Translations under genes and position numbers: made by a program
Part shown: in pieces, positions 29,776 through 41,301 of the stretch
Numbering within the stretch: position 1 is the stretch's first letter
Layout of the letters: each line of letters starts with the position of its first letter
Assembly: GCA_963665115.1 (NCBI GenBank)
Contig: OY762007.1
Location: forward strand, 6,272,001 to 6,336,000
From: an uncultured Rivularia sp.
GTDB lineage: Bacteria; Cyanobacteriota; Cyanobacteriia; Cyanobacteriales; Nostocaceae
Length of the DNA: 64,000 bases
Direction of reading: 5' to 3'
The notes under the pieces: generated by a model
Database searches by the model: none
What the model saw: the letters and a program-made list of their open reading frames with translations, nothing else
What the model was told of the DNA's origin: nothing

Positions 29776-30858
29776 ATGCTAAAAAATCCTATTAATGATT
29801 GCCGTTATTGTAGCGTTGTTTCCAAAGCTAATGGAGAAGATCCACTTGGTTCGGCAGATTGTTATGACCATTGGTTTGTGTTTGAAGTACCTCGTCCTTG
29901 GGGTGATTCACTTTGGCATTATCCTCCATTAGAGCATTTGATGAAGCTATCTACCAAGCTGATTTTACAAAAAGGCATAATAATCAAAGTTGTGATGGTT
30001 GCTCCCGATAAAGAATATTCGGCACCAGAACAGAATCGCGTTATTCATTATTATCGCCCCAAAGGTATGTTTGCGGAGTTTGAAAAACAGGAATATCTCT
30101 TACCTAACCTCGAACAAGTAATTAATCTACTAGATACCATCTTGTTTTCACCCAAACAGTTACAAAAATTTAATAACTATTACCAAGAAACAAAACATAT
30201 TCGAGATATTATCGTTTGTACCCATACAAAAGTTGATTTAGCTTGCGGTCGTTTTGGTACTCCCATTTATCAGAAACTTCGTAAAGAATATGCAAGCAAG
30301 GCTGATAATATAAGAGTATGGCAATCTTCTCATTTTGGCGGTCATCAATTTGCTCCCACCTTAATTGATTTACCTACAGGTCGTCTTTGGGGACATTTAG
30401 AGGATCAAACCCTCAACCCCTTGATTTACAGGAAAGGAAATTTGCAAGAATTACGTCCTTATTATCGGGGTTGGACTGGTTGGGAGAAATGGTTACAAAT
30501 TGCTGAAGGTGAAATTTGGTTACGGGAAAATTGGCAATGGTTGAATTATCATAAGCAAGGTTGGATTTTTGATGTAGGTGGAATTGGAATTAAGAAATTT
30601 CTCTTCGCAATATTGAAACTAATTCCAGCTAAAAGAGCGCGAATTGTGTGCGATCGCCTTTGTAAAAAAGCAAGTTGGGTAAAAGTTCGCATCAAATTCG
30701 CAGCACCTGATGGTAGCTTGTCGGGAGAATATACAGCCAAAGTTGAAGAAAGCGGTGAGGTTATCAGCGCCAAGGATTCAGCACCATCGAACCATGACGA
30801 GTTACATTTAAAGCCAGTTAAGCAATATAAAGTAACTGGTTTGAAGAGAAAAAATTGA
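29776..30858 (+). CDS. Sucrase/ferredoxin-like (thioredoxin-fold 2Fe-2S) protein
   Basis: VCTH..VD.ACGRFG and SHFGGHQFAPT motifs; probable start 29776. Confidence 0.85.
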   Translation: MLKNPINDCRYCSVVSKANGEDPLGSADCYDHWFVFEVPRPWGDSLWHYPPLEHLMKLSTKLILQKGIIIKVVMVAPDKEYSAPEQNRVIHYYRPKGMFAEFEKQEYLLPNLEQVINLLDTILFSPKQLQKFNNYYQETKHIRDIIVCTHTKVDLACGRFGTPIYQKLRKEYASKADNIRVWQSSHFGGHQFAPTLIDLPTGRLWGHLEDQTLNPLIYRKGNLQELRPYYRGWTGWEKWLQIAEGEIWLRENWQWLNYHKQGWIFDVGGIGIKKFLFAILKLIPAKRARIVCDRLCKKASWVKVRIKFAAPDGSLSGEYTAKVEESGEVISAKDSAPSNHDELHLKPVKQYKVTGLKRKN

Positions 30859-31176
30859 TAAAAAAAGGGGTGTTGCTGTTAGCGTGCCCCTTAAATCCCC
30901 CTGCGGAAGCGGGGACTTTTAGTTATCTTGTTCCCCCAAAATTGGGGGTTGGGGGGCTATTCATATTTTGAATCCAGGTATGCCAAAGATTCTATTTAAA
31001 TTTCTCACTTACTTTTTGCAACAGAACCATCCGGTAATATAAACAGCGAAATTAACAGTTATCAATTATCAATTAAGTAAGGTGTTGGGTTTTACTCCGT
31101 TCAACCCAACCTACGTCATAGGAAATCATAAAGCCGGGAAGGAATTATCAATTATCTGTTCCCTGTTCCCTGTTCC

Positions 31177-31889
31177 CTATTCCCTGCTCACTGTTAACTG
31201 CTCACTGCTCACTGTTCCCTTTAACCTACCATCTTCCATATGAACAATGCGGTCGGCGATATCTAAAATTCGGTTATCGTGGGTGACAAGCAACACCGAA
31301 CAACCTTCCTCTTTAGCAAGTTTTTGAATAATATCAACTACATCTCTACCCGTTTTACTATCTAAGGAAGCCGTTGGTTCGTCTGCTAATACAAGTTTCG
31401 GTTGAGCAACTAAAGCACGGGCGATCGCCACTCGTTGCTGTTGTCCCCTCCCGATAATTTTTCTGGGTAGGAATCGATAAACTCAGTTAATCCCACTGCT
31501 GATAAAATTGCTTCAGCCCGTTCACGATATTCCGATGTAGGAATTTCTGAGTGCAATTTCAAAGACATTCGGACATTACCATAAGCACTCAGACACTTGA
31601 GTAAATTATGATGTTGAAATATAAAACCTATATTATTTCTAATTTTGGTTAACTTTCTCTTAGAAATACCCTGCAATTCTTGGTCTAAAATTTTTAAACT
31701 ACCATCCTGTAGCGAACGCAATCCACCAATCAAAGATAATAAAGTTGTTTTACCGCTACCAGAAGGACCAGTTAAAATACAAATTTCACCCGGATTGATA
31801 TTTAAATGAATATCAATAAGTACATCTTTACGTAAATTACCTTTACCAAAAGCGTGATTTAAATTTGATATCGCGACGGTGGGATTCAT
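31177..31889 (-). CDS. devA: DevA-family ABC ATP-binding protein, +1 frameshift near 31445
   Basis: GPSGSGKT; LSGG/QQQRVAIARAL split across frames; LADEPT. Confidence 0.85.
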
Positions 31890-31998
31890 ATCAATTATCA
31901 ATTATCAGTTATCAGTTATCACTGGTCAGGTGTGGTTCATCAATTATCGGTTGTTTGTTATTCTTACTATCCATTGTTAATTGTTCATTGATAATTGA

Positions 31999-33222
31999 TT
32001 AAAAAACGTCCGCAGGGTCGGCGGAACGAAGTTTGGTAGTAGCAATTGCACCGGAAACAGCGCACATAACTACAGTTAAAATAAAAACTTGTATAGCTAC
32101 ACTAGCTTTCATGGCGAGAGGAATTTTTGTTAAGGTAACTAATAGTTGATAAAGTCCGGTGGAAATGAAGTAGCCGGGAATAAAACCCATAATAGCTAAG
32201 ATAACGGCTTCTTGAATCACTACAAACAATAAATAATTGTCGCTGTAACCCATTGCTTTCAAAGTCGCGTATTCTGAAAGATGGTCGTTGATGTCGGAAT
32301 AAAGCACTTGATAAACAATAATTACACCAACAACAAAACCAACAGCAGTACCGAATCTTAAAACAATTCCATTCGGCTCTGATGACTCAAACTTTTGCTC
32401 TCTAGCAATTAATTCTTCACGGGTATGTATTTCTATATCCGGGGGAAGAATGGCTCTTATTTGGGCTTTAACTTGATTAATATTAGCGCCTTTTTCTAAA
32501 AAAACTAAACCTAAGCTGACATTATTTAAAACTCCACTTCCGCGACGTTGGGAGTAATTCCAGTCGCTCATTATTACATTACCATTAGTAAATAAAGTAC
32601 TACCCATATCAAAAAGTCCAACAATATGAGTTCGATGATTATCTACTAAAGTTGTTAATTGTCCCCGTTGTTTATATAATTCTGGAACTTCTCCCAAAGA
32701 ACTTTGAGATAAACTATCATATAATATCGATGATGGCATTCTCAATTTATCTATTTGTTGTTGTACATCTGGTAAATTCAAAGAATTAGATTTCGCTGGA
32801 TTAAAAGCAATAATTCTGACTTGTTTACCAAAGCGTTCCATTGTTTTAAGCGAGGAATCATCCTTGTTATTTGCTAATAAAAATTCAGGATTTAACCATT
32901 CACCCGTATCAAGATAAACCGAAGTTGTATCAGCAACACCATCTACAGCAGAAGCTTGATAAATATAAGCGCGGGGAAAAGAAGTATTCCATCTTAATGT
33001 AGGGCTGAATGAAGAAACCAAGAATAAATCACCCCCCAAACTTTCATGCAGTTTAGTTGTTCCCTCAGTGAGCATTTTTAATAATCCTACCTGAGTAAAC
33101 ATCAAAATATTCGCAAAGCAAACCCCCGTAGTCGCAACAATTAAACGTACCTTTTGGTGCGACAATTGCGACCAAGCAAGCGGGATTTCAAAGTTAAATT
33201 TTTTAAAAAAAGGAAGTTTCAT
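31999..33222 (-). CDS. devC: DevC-family ABC permease
   Basis: IPLAWSQL, EYATLKAMGY, C-terminal KLRSADPADVF. Confidence 0.9.
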   Translation of the reverse strand: MKLPFFKKFNFEIPLAWSQLSHQKVRLIVATTGVCFANILMFTQVGLLKMLTEGTTKLHESLGGDLFLVSSFSPTLRWNTSFPRAYIYQASAVDGVADTTSVYLDTGEWLNPEFLLANNKDDSSLKTMERFGKQVRIIAFNPAKSNSLNLPDVQQQIDKLRMPSSILYDSLSQSSLGEVPELYKQRGQLTTLVDNHRTHIVGLFDMGSTLFTNGNVIMSDWNYSQRRGSGVLNNVSLGLVFLEKGANINQVKAQIRAILPPDIEIHTREELIAREQKFESSEPNGIVLRFGTAVGFVVGVIIVYQVLYSDINDHLSEYATLKAMGYSDNYLLFVVIQEAVILAIMGFIPGYFISTGLYQLLVTLTKIPLAMKASVAIQVFILTVVMCAVSGAIATTKLRSADPADVF

Positions 33223-33406
33223 ATAAGAGTTAGGAGTTAGGAATTAGGAATTAGGAATTAGGAATTATGAGGATCGAAAGTGTAGAGACGTAGCAGTGCT
33301 ACGTCTGTTATTGAGTTAGGAGTTAGGAGTTAGGAGTGAGTAGTAAGTAGTAAGTAGCGAGTAGCGAGTTAGGAACTAATTTCTCCCTATCTCCCCATCT
33401 CCCCCT

Positions 33407-34685
33407 CTACCCTCTCTTCCCCCTCTCCCCCCTCTTCCCCCTCTTCCCCCTCTCTCCTAGTCCCCTTCTCCCTTCTTCCCCACTAGTCTCGATTTCCACA
33501 CGAACTTGCATCCCCGTCAAATTAGCAACTTTCGGGCTATCTTCTGGAGCTATACGAATTTTTACTTCTACAACACGAGCGTTAACGTCAGTTGTAGGAT
33601 TATTCTGACCTTGGCTAAGTCGAGTTTTGCCGATTTGTAAACCAATTTCTTCGACTTCTCCGGTAATTTCTTGTTGAAAACCACCGTATTCGCTGTTAAT
33701 AGTGGCTTTTTGTGCTGCTTTCACCTTTAATATATCGCTTTCATAGACTTCTGCAATTACGTACATTTGCTTTGTCTGTCCGAGTTTCTGCAATTCCCTC
33801 TTGTGTATTTACTTGTTCCCCGACACGAGTATTGATTCTCAGAATTTGTCCTGCTATGGGTACTTTTACTTGGGTATCAGCTAGTTCTGCTTTGCGCTGT
33901 TGTACCTGTATTAATGCTTGCTCTAACTCGGCTCTAGCTATGTCTATATCTACCGGAAGAACTTCCTGTAATTTCTGTAAATTGGCTTTTTCTTTTGCTA
34001 ATTGTGCTTGCAGCACGGATTTCGCATTTTCAAAACTTGCTTGAGTTTGTGCAAATATTGCACGGGTTCGTTCAAGTTCTTCTCGTGCATTATCTAGTTC
34101 GGAACTGCTAATTGCTCCTTCCTTTGCTAAAGAATTATTACGTTTGTATTTTTGTTGAGCATTAGTGAGCGTTGCTTGTGCTTCAGTAATTGCAGCTGCT
34201 TTTTCTTTGATCTCACTCTGCAATCTTGCTTCGAGTTCTGAAATTACTGCTTTTTGAGCTAATACTTCCCCTTGTTTAAAATCTCCCTGTTGAACTTTTT
34301 GTAATTGGGAGCGTTTGATTGCTACATTTGCCATTGCATCTCGCAGTTGTTGTTCTGCTCTGTCTCTTCCCTGTAAAATAGCAATTACTTGGTTAGCTCT
34401 AACTAAATCACCTTCTTTTACCAGAATTTGATTGACGCGACTGTCGCGAGCATTGACTACGGATATTTTGATAACCTCACCTTGGGGAACTAATCTCCCT
34501 AAAGCTACTACTTGGCTATTAGAGACAAGCTTGATTTCTTTGGCAGGTGTTTCTTGTTTATCTTGCGCTTTTCCTAAATTGCAAGCAGTACACAAACCTA
34601 AAAGAGCGAGAATTGTTGCTAATTTTACGTACTTTCCAGCAAGAATAGATACCATTAAAGAAGTTCTATGTTGTGGCTGAAGCAT
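33407..34685 (-). CDS. devB: DevB/HlyD-family membrane fusion protein, +1 frameshift near 33785
   Basis: VVALGRLVPQGEV, coiled coil, MYVIAEVYESDI, ARVVEVKI. Confidence 0.85.
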
Positions 34686-34989
34686 AATTTTAGGTCAATA
34701 AATAGCTGTAAATTCTCGTCAGACTGTTGAACTTTTTGTGATTTGTATTACAATTTTATCAAAAAGTAATCAAAAAAAATATATGTTGTAAGATTGATTA
34801 TAGGTATAGTTATTCATTCCAAACAAACTTATAATGTTTCTTATTAAATTAGTATTGATTGCTAAATAAATTGACAGCATTTATACTCATTAAATATGGT
34901 TAACAATTCGTTTGAATCAGTGCAAATCATTACTAGCTATTGTTGTTAAATATACCTTTTGATGTTAATTTAAGAAAAGAGAAAGGGAA

Positions 34990-35132
34990 TAGACATCTCC
35001 GGAAAACATTTACTTCGTTGCATACCTAACCCCCCTACCCCCCTTCCCTACCAGGGAAGTGGGGTTTTAAAGCCTCTCTCCCTGTGGGGGAGAGGTTTGG
35101 AGAGGGGTTTTTTTCTTTTCCGGAGATGTCTA
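34990..35132. mobile_element. MITE-like element with 17-bp terminal IRs
   Basis: TAGACATCTCCGGAAAA...TTTTCCGGAGATGTCTA enclosing a GC-rich REP-like core. Confidence 0.7.
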
Positions 35133-35534
35133 ATATTTTAGAAGTTATCCCTTATCTCGTTAAATAGGTTTGTTGAGAAAAATACACATTAAACTCAATA
35201 TTGGCTATTATTGCATAGGTAATGCCGGTAAAACACCTTATCTAGATTACCAACTGAGAAAAATATTGGTTTTTCGACATTGCATATTTTCATTGATGTA
35301 GAGACGTAGCATTGCTACGTCTCCCCAACGCTGTCATCTACAACCAATCAATCAAAACCAACCCAACCATCGGACACCAAAATTTAACTGCGATTACAAA
35401 TAGATTGGTAATTGGTAATTGGTAATTGGGCATTGGGCATTGGGCATTGGTAAAAATTTTTTCTCCCCCTCTCCCCCTCTCCCCCTCTGCCCTTCGGCCT
35501 TCTCTGCCCCCTCTGCCCCCTCCGCTCCCTCTGC

Positions 35535-36272
35535 TTACCCTTTAATAGATTGAGTGCATTCCGAATATAAAAGTTGAAGAAGTTGGGAACGTGCGGAATT
35601 TATGAAAAAGTGGTTTCCCGGTAGCATATGTAGATTAAAATTATTATTCGTTTGAGAATCCCAAGCAGCTAAGTCTTCGCGGCTGGCTTCGGTATCTTCT
35701 AATCCACCAAAGGCTGTAATCGGACAGCTTAAAGGTGGTTCATTATAGTAATTATAAGTTTCAATCACCGCAAAATCTGCCCGTAAAGTTGGCATTAAAA
35801 GCGCCATAAGTTCGTCATTCGCAAGTATTTCTTCTGGGGTACCGTTCAAGTTACGTAATTCTTCAACAAACTCAGCATCCGGTAAGTCATGAATCGGTGG
35901 CTTGGTTTTAGGAAGTTGAGGGGCACGGTTAGCACAAACAAATAAATGCTGGGGATACAATTGATAATCTCGCCGCAAATGACGAGTTAGTTCAAATGCA
36001 ATTAAACTACCCATGCTGTAACCGAAGAAAGCAAAAGGTTGGTTGAGATGAGGGATTATAGCGGGTTTAAGTTGTTCAATTAAAGTTTCAATGCGGGTGA
36101 AAGCAGGTTCGCTCAATCTTCTTTCCCTTCCGGGTAGTTGAATTAGATAAACTTCAACTATAGGAGATAATTCCTGTGCCCAGTTACGAAAACTCAGGGT
36201 TCCACCTCCTGCGTGATGGAAGCAAAATAGCTTTAGCTGTGGGTTGGGATTGGTTTTGGGGCAGATAATCAT
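35535..36272 (-). CDS. Type II thioesterase
   Basis: LFCFHHAGG, GYSMG nucleophile, PTLRADF, GNHFF. Confidence 0.93.
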   Translation of the reverse strand: MIICPKTNPNPQLKLFCFHHAGGGTLSFRNWAQELSPIVEVYLIQLPGRERRLSEPAFTRIETLIEQLKPAIIPHLNQPFAFFGYSMGSLIAFELTRHLRRDYQLYPQHLFVCANRAPQLPKTKPPIHDLPDAEFVEELRNLNGTPEEILANDELMALLMPTLRADFAVIETYNYYNEPPLSCPITAFGGLEDTEASREDLAAWDSQTNNNFNLHMLPGNHFFINSARSQLLQLLYSECTQSIKG

Positions 36273-36472
36273 GGGAATGGGGAGGGGGAATTGGGAGTAG
36301 CAAGTAATAAGTAATAAGTAATAAGTAATAAGTAATGAGTAAAAGTTTCGAGAACATCCTATAAAGATATTAGATATATAGTAAGTAATTAGCCGGAATA
36401 AGTATAATATTTAATTCGCTAACATCCATCTTAATAATAAGAGAGAAGTAATTCCGAACTGCTCTATACTCC

Positions 36473-37693
36473 CTACTCTTTACTTACTACTTTATACCTG
36501 TAACCAAGCTTTCTAAAATCCAACACCGAGGCTGGTGTAACGACTTCTTTCACTTTTATCAATAAAGATTTAATATTATTTAGTCCATAATCTCCAGGCT
36601 CAGATAATCCTCCATCCCAGGGCCACATTGGATCGTGAAGTTTATGTCCAAAAGGTACGTTTTTGGAGGGATAGAATTTTTCTCCGGTATGTCCTTTGTC
36701 TTGCCACTCTGCCCACAAACGGTCTACGTTGGAGTGAATTAACCAGAAAATTGGGTCGTAGGGGGAACTAGGAATGCTATCCATTGTACCCAAGATGCTG
36801 GTTTGTCTCATGGGGTTATCTTTATCGATGATGCTACCGCCGATAATTGAGTGAGCGCAAGCGTGTAATGTCCAACCTGGAATATATTCACCTTGGTTAA
36901 GTGTTAATGCTCCTTCTATTAATGCATTAAATATTTCGTAATTGTGGAATTTGAAAAGTTGTTCTATCGATGCTTTGGGTATGGGAGAATTACAAGGAGG
37001 CATCCCTACAAATCTAACTAATTTTGTTCCTAAAGATTTCATTCTAATCGGGTCAAAATGAATATTTTCGTTGAGTTTCCAGTCAGCGAAATTACCACTA
37101 GAAACAGCACCTCCTGTAAATTTACCAATACCAGGAATATCGATTGTGCTTCCTTTTCCGTTAGGACCTAAAAAGTCTTCTTGTAATATTACATCTAATG
37201 CTTTGGCATCAGTCCAATCCCAGTAAGGAACAGTTACAGTAGAATCAATCTTCTGTAATTCTTGCTCGAATTGATATAAAAATTGACGGTGCCAAGGTAA
37301 AAATGCTGGCTGTGCGTGAGCGGGATTTCCTTCGGCTTTCCCCGTCGCTCCCAATTTCTTACGAAACCCCATTGTTAAGACGTGTTGCAGCACAAATTGG
37401 TCGTAGAGGCTGATTTTGCTGTCTTTCGGAAATGTATTTTTTAATTTTTTGACTGCTTTTACAAAAGCTTGTTTTTCTGCTGGTGTGAGTTGAGTGACGC
37501 TTTTACGTATCTGGAGGTTATTGTTGGAAACAGTTTGGGGATAGATTAATTGTGGTACTTCTGCTGTTGGTGATGGGGGATGATAATAGCCGGAGTTGGA
37601 AAATATTCGATAAATTATAAAAATTATTATGGTTGTGATTATGGCTATTAGCGCAAATTTAATTAATGGTTTTTTTTTAATAAGATGAATCAT
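36473..37693 (-). CDS. Tyrosinase with N-terminal membrane anchor
   Basis: CuA H...AH..PAFLPWHR; CuB HACAH...DPIFWLIHSNVDRLW. Confidence 0.9.
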   Translation of the reverse strand: MIHLIKKKPLIKFALIAIITTIIIFIIYRIFSNSGYYHPPSPTAEVPQLIYPQTVSNNNLQIRKSVTQLTPAEKQAFVKAVKKLKNTFPKDSKISLYDQFVLQHVLTMGFRKKLGATGKAEGNPAHAQPAFLPWHRQFLYQFEQELQKIDSTVTVPYWDWTDAKALDVILQEDFLGPNGKGSTIDIPGIGKFTGGAVSSGNFADWKLNENIHFDPIRMKSLGTKLVRFVGMPPCNSPIPKASIEQLFKFHNYEIFNALIEGALTLNQGEYIPGWTLHACAHSIIGGSIIDKDNPMRQTSILGTMDSIPSSPYDPIFWLIHSNVDRLWAEWQDKGHTGEKFYPSKNVPFGHKLHDPMWPWDGGLSEPGDYGLNNIKSLLIKVKEVVTPASVLDFRKLGYRYKVVSKE

Positions 37694-37832
37694 AAATCAA
37701 TTATCAATTATGGGATTATTAAGGTTAGTAGTAGGGGCTTTAGCCCTTCGATATGAGGACTAAAGTCCTTACTACAAACCCTGTATTTTTCAACAATCTA
37801 TGGATAACTTTTATATCTTTTATCTGTATTTT

Positions 37833-39011
37833 TCATTGTTCACTGTTAAAAGTTAATATCAACAATATAATTGCTGCAACTGCAAATCCACTACTAACCA
37901 TAAATGTTGTCTGAGAACCAACTTTTTCCCATAATGTCCCTGCTAGAAGACTTGCGGGTAATAGTGCAATCCCCGTAACGAGGTTAATCGCACCGAATGC
38001 TGTACCTCGTAAGTTTTCGGGAACTCTGTCTGCAACTAATGCTAATAATAAGCCTTGAGTTTTACCTAAATATAAACCGCAAAGTGCAAAGAGTATCCAA
38101 ATTTGCCAAGCTGTTTGGGCAATTGCAAAACCAAAATAAACTAGGGCAAATAAGGTAAATCCGCTGACTAATAATCCTTTACGACCTATTCTATCTGAAA
38201 GTACGCCGATGGGATAAGCACTTAATCCATAGGTGATATTCATGACTACAAAACTTAAGGGAATAAGATTTGTAGAAATTCCTATTTCTTTTGCTCGTAA
38301 TAATAGAAATGCGTCGCTAAAGTTTCCTAAGTTAAATAATAACGCTACTGCTAATAACATCCAGTAACTTTTCCCCAAACTTTGAATAGCACTCCACTGT
38401 AAGGGATTGCGTCTTTGATGAGAGGTTCTGGGAGCTTCTTTTACGCCAAGAGTGAGAAGTGCGATCGCCATTAATCCCGGTATCGCAGCACACCAAAAGA
38501 CTAAGCGAAAATTCTGATTTGAATAGAATAATAATCCAGCAGCAATAAGTGGTCCGCTAAAAGCACCAATGGTATCCAGAGATTGACGCAAACCATAAGC
38601 AGCACCACGTTGAGGAGGTGGTGTTACATCGGCAACTAATGCATTGCGGGGAGCAACCCGAATTCCTTTACCTACCCTATCTGCAAAACGAGCTAATAAA
38701 ACCCAAGCGGGAGTTGTCGCAATTGCAAATAATGGAGTTACCAACGCTGATAATCCATATCCGGTTACAGCTAATTCTTTGCGTCTTCCCCAGTAATCGC
38801 TCAAAGCACCGGAAAAGATTTTTAAAACAGAAGCGGTAGATTCTGCAACACCTTCAATTACACCTACCGTGACTAAATTCGTCCCTAAAACAGAAACCAA
38901 AAACAAAGGTAAGATAGACTGAACCATCTTAGAATTAACGTCGGTTAGTAAGCTGACGAAGCCTAAAAACCAAACATTACGAGGAAGCTTTTGAGCGAGT
39001 AGTGCTTTCAC
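37833..39011 (-). CDS. MFS transporter
   Basis: Multi-TM pattern, G.LSD..GRR motif, DRVGKGIRVAPR. Confidence 0.92.
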   Translation of the reverse strand: MKALLAQKLPRNVWFLGFVSLLTDVNSKMVQSILPLFLVSVLGTNLVTVGVIEGVAESTASVLKIFSGALSDYWGRRKELAVTGYGLSALVTPLFAIATTPAWVLLARFADRVGKGIRVAPRNALVADVTPPPQRGAAYGLRQSLDTIGAFSGPLIAAGLLFYSNQNFRLVFWCAAIPGLMAIALLTLGVKEAPRTSHQRRNPLQWSAIQSLGKSYWMLLAVALLFNLGNFSDAFLLLRAKEIGISTNLIPLSFVVMNITYGLSAYPIGVLSDRIGRKGLLVSGFTLFALVYFGFAIAQTAWQIWILFALCGLYLGKTQGLLLALVADRVPENLRGTAFGAINLVTGIALLPASLLAGTLWEKVGSQTTFMVSSGFAVAAIILLILTFNSEQ

Positions 39012-39584
39012 GAGTTTTTATGACGATGGTGAAAAGGACAGCGATTAATAGATTTATTGTTAGGATCTATATGCTTGGTGCGAATTTGTCCGAACTTATT
39101 TAGAGTATCAACTGCCGAGCCTTTTTCAAACCGTAGACTACCTGCTTCATCTCCGCCAAATTTTTGACATACGGCTTTATGGTCTGTTACTAATTCAAAA
39201 TATGCTTCTACAAATTTTTGGTGTACGGATTCTAGTCCCCGGCGGTATATTCTTAAATGTAGGACTAAGACGCTTCCACAACTGCATCAAAGTAGCGTGT
39301 TCCCACGACATTAATCCACTAAAGTTGTCAGATTGAACGTAGGGGGGAGACATTTTTGGACGAATATGAGAATCGTATTCCTGTTTGCTGAAACTACCAG
39401 CAAGCTGCATTGATGCACCACTCGCTAACATTAAGTCAGTTGCAGTTTCTAATTCGGTTCGTGCTGTTGTTATATCACCCAGCAGCAAACTAGATTCAAA
39501 ACGACGCAGACAAATAATTAAGGCTTGAACATTAACAAAAAATGACCAGTGAAATCCTTTCCAAATTTCTTGTGTATTTAACAT
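39008..39584 (-). CDS. Putative heme-dependent aromatic hydroxylase (LmbB2/SfmD-like), +1 frameshift near 39238
   Basis: Y...IRP.M....FSG...EH...H..V..K...SL. The repaired ORF ends CPFHHRHKNS* and overlaps the MFS start (GTGA). Confidence 0.55.
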
Positions 39585-39678
39585 TATTACTAATAAATAT
39601 TCATAGGTTTGTAGTTGCGCTTTAGCGCTTCTTAGCCGGAAGCGCTGAAGCGCAACTACGAGCCTTTTTTTATGGGAT

Positions 39679-40146
39679 TTATTCGATAATTTCTAAGTGA
39701 TAAACCCTTGACAATAGAAGAATATAGCTGATGTATCCCTGTTTCTGTCGTTCAATTGCGAGTGAATCGAAATCATTATTCGGCTCGTTTAACAAAATAA
39801 ACATTCGATAAACCGCTAACATTAAACTTTTAACAATACACAAAGCGGGTTGTTGGCTTTCTACATGGTTTACATCAAAATGACCGTCAAAATCTTCAAT
39901 CTGCCAGCTTTTTAGTGCTGTTTTTGAAGAAGATATTTTTGCAGGAAATACATCTGGGGAAGCTAATTTGTATAATTCATCTTTAATAATCACAAGCGCA
40001 TCAGAAGCATCTACTTGTTTTAGCGCTTTCAATATCTGGCTAAGTGCTTGAGACAATTTAACTGTATCAGCTTCACTTAATTTTTCATCAAAAGGTAAAT
40101 CCCAAGGAACAAGCAAATCAAGCTGAAATTCATCATAATTGGCCAT
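39679..40146 (-). CDS. Hypothetical protein in the cluster
   Basis: 155-aa ORF with RBS GAGG, co-oriented within the operon. Confidence 0.75.
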   Translation of the reverse strand: MANYDEFQLDLLVPWDLPFDEKLSEADTVKLSQALSQILKALKQVDASDALVIIKDELYKLASPDVFPAKISSSKTALKSWQIEDFDGHFDVNHVESQQPALCIVKSLMLAVYRMFILLNEPNNDFDSLAIERQKQGYISYILLLSRVYHLEIIE

Positions 40147-40178
40147 GTCCTCTAAGCACTAATATTTTTAGGTTTTAT

Positions 40179-40385
40179 TTAAGTATTAGAGGTAGATGCA
40201 TCCATTTTTTTTCGTAAACTAAGAGGTCGCATATCTGTCCATACTTCTTTAATATAATCTAGACACTCTTGTTTTGTACCTGTTTTCCCAGCCGAACGCC
40301 AACCATAAGGAATCTCACGATATTCAAACCAAATTGAATATTCTTCTTCTTCACTAATTACCACAGTATATATAGTATCTTCCAT
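40179..40385 (-). CDS. mbtH: MbtH-like NRPS accessory protein
   Basis: E..YSIW.....P.GW.....[16 protein letters not shown]. Confidence 0.95.
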   Translation of the reverse strand: MEDTIYTVVISEEEEYSIWFEYREIPYGWRSAGKTGTKQECLDYIKEVWTDMRPLSLRKKMDASTSNT

Positions 40386-40440
40386 AATCAGTTATCAGTT
40401 ATCAGTTATCAGTTATCAGTGAACAGTGAGCAGTTATCAA

Positions 40441-40770
40441 TTACCCATTACCAATTACTTCCAAATGTCCTTTACCAGTGAGTGTTTCTAATTCTATATC
40501 AGCAATACATTTTACTGGTACATAATTGAGTGTTAAATTACCAACTATATGAGCAATACCTATTTTTTGCTCGAAGTTAGCTGAACTTAAATCGGAAGCA
40601 TCTTTATCAAATTTTACTCCTAATTCTGTTCCTCCTTTTGTGTTGGTGAATTTGATATGAATATAACCGCGCTCGATACTTTCTTTGAATGCGGTGACGG
40701 TTTTTTCGGGTTTAATGCTAGCTTCTACGGGATGGGAGCCTTGGGATAGTTTTTGTACTAGTTCGTTCAT
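40441..40770 (-). CDS. MbtH-associated hypothetical protein
   Basis: GYIHIKFTNTKGGTELGV...GNLTLNYVPVKCIADI; adjacent to mbtH. Confidence 0.75.
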   Translation of the reverse strand: MNELVQKLSQGSHPVEASIKPEKTVTAFKESIERGYIHIKFTNTKGGTELGVKFDKDASDLSSANFEQKIGIAHIVGNLTLNYVPVKCIADIELETLTGKGHLEVIGNG

Positions 40771-40843
40771 TTCTTATTTTCTTTTTTAACGCAAAGGGGC
40801 GCGGAGGTTAACGCGGAGGAACACTGAGGTTTCATGAAAGCTG

Positions 40844-40996
40844 GTAGGTTGGGTTAGACGCACTAAAACATTTGATTATTAACTAATAAATGTGATTTGC
40901 GTCGTAACCCAACATTTGAATGTAAGATGTTGGGTTTCGGCGCATTTATATCTTGCGATAATTATCAATATAGTTCGTGCGCTTAACCCAACCTAC
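40844..40996. repeat. Inverted-repeat interspersed element
   Basis: GTAGGTTGGGTTA...TAACCCAACCTAC ends with an internal palindrome. Confidence 0.7.
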
Positions 40997-41000
40997 TTCA

Positions 41001-41258
41001 CTAACTACTAACAACTTCATAATTAGGTATTTCAAATTCTAAAAGTTGGTGACAAAATTCTTTCCATTCGTCTGTTACATTATCAAAAATTATATTTTCA
41101 TCTTTATAAATTCCGTCGGTGACAACATAATTTTCTTGTAAATAAAGAACCGAATCTTCTGTAATTTGTTTATTTTCCTGTTGATTTTCTTTCCATTGAT
41201 TAAACTGACGAAACTGTTTTAATAAATATGCTTTACAGTATTTACCCATTGTTGCCAT
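41001..41258 (-). CDS. Small hypothetical protein in the NRPS cluster
   Basis: MATMGKYCKAY...LYLQENYVVTDGI..DENIIFD.V..EWKEFC; RBS AGGAG. Confidence 0.75.
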   Translation of the reverse strand: MATMGKYCKAYLLKQFRQFNQWKENQQENKQITEDSVLYLQENYVVTDGIYKDENIIFDNVTDEWKEFCHQLLEFEIPNYEVVSS

Positions 41259-41301
41259 TGTTTTCTCCTATAGTTATAATTTATCCCCCCAACCCCCCTT
41301 A

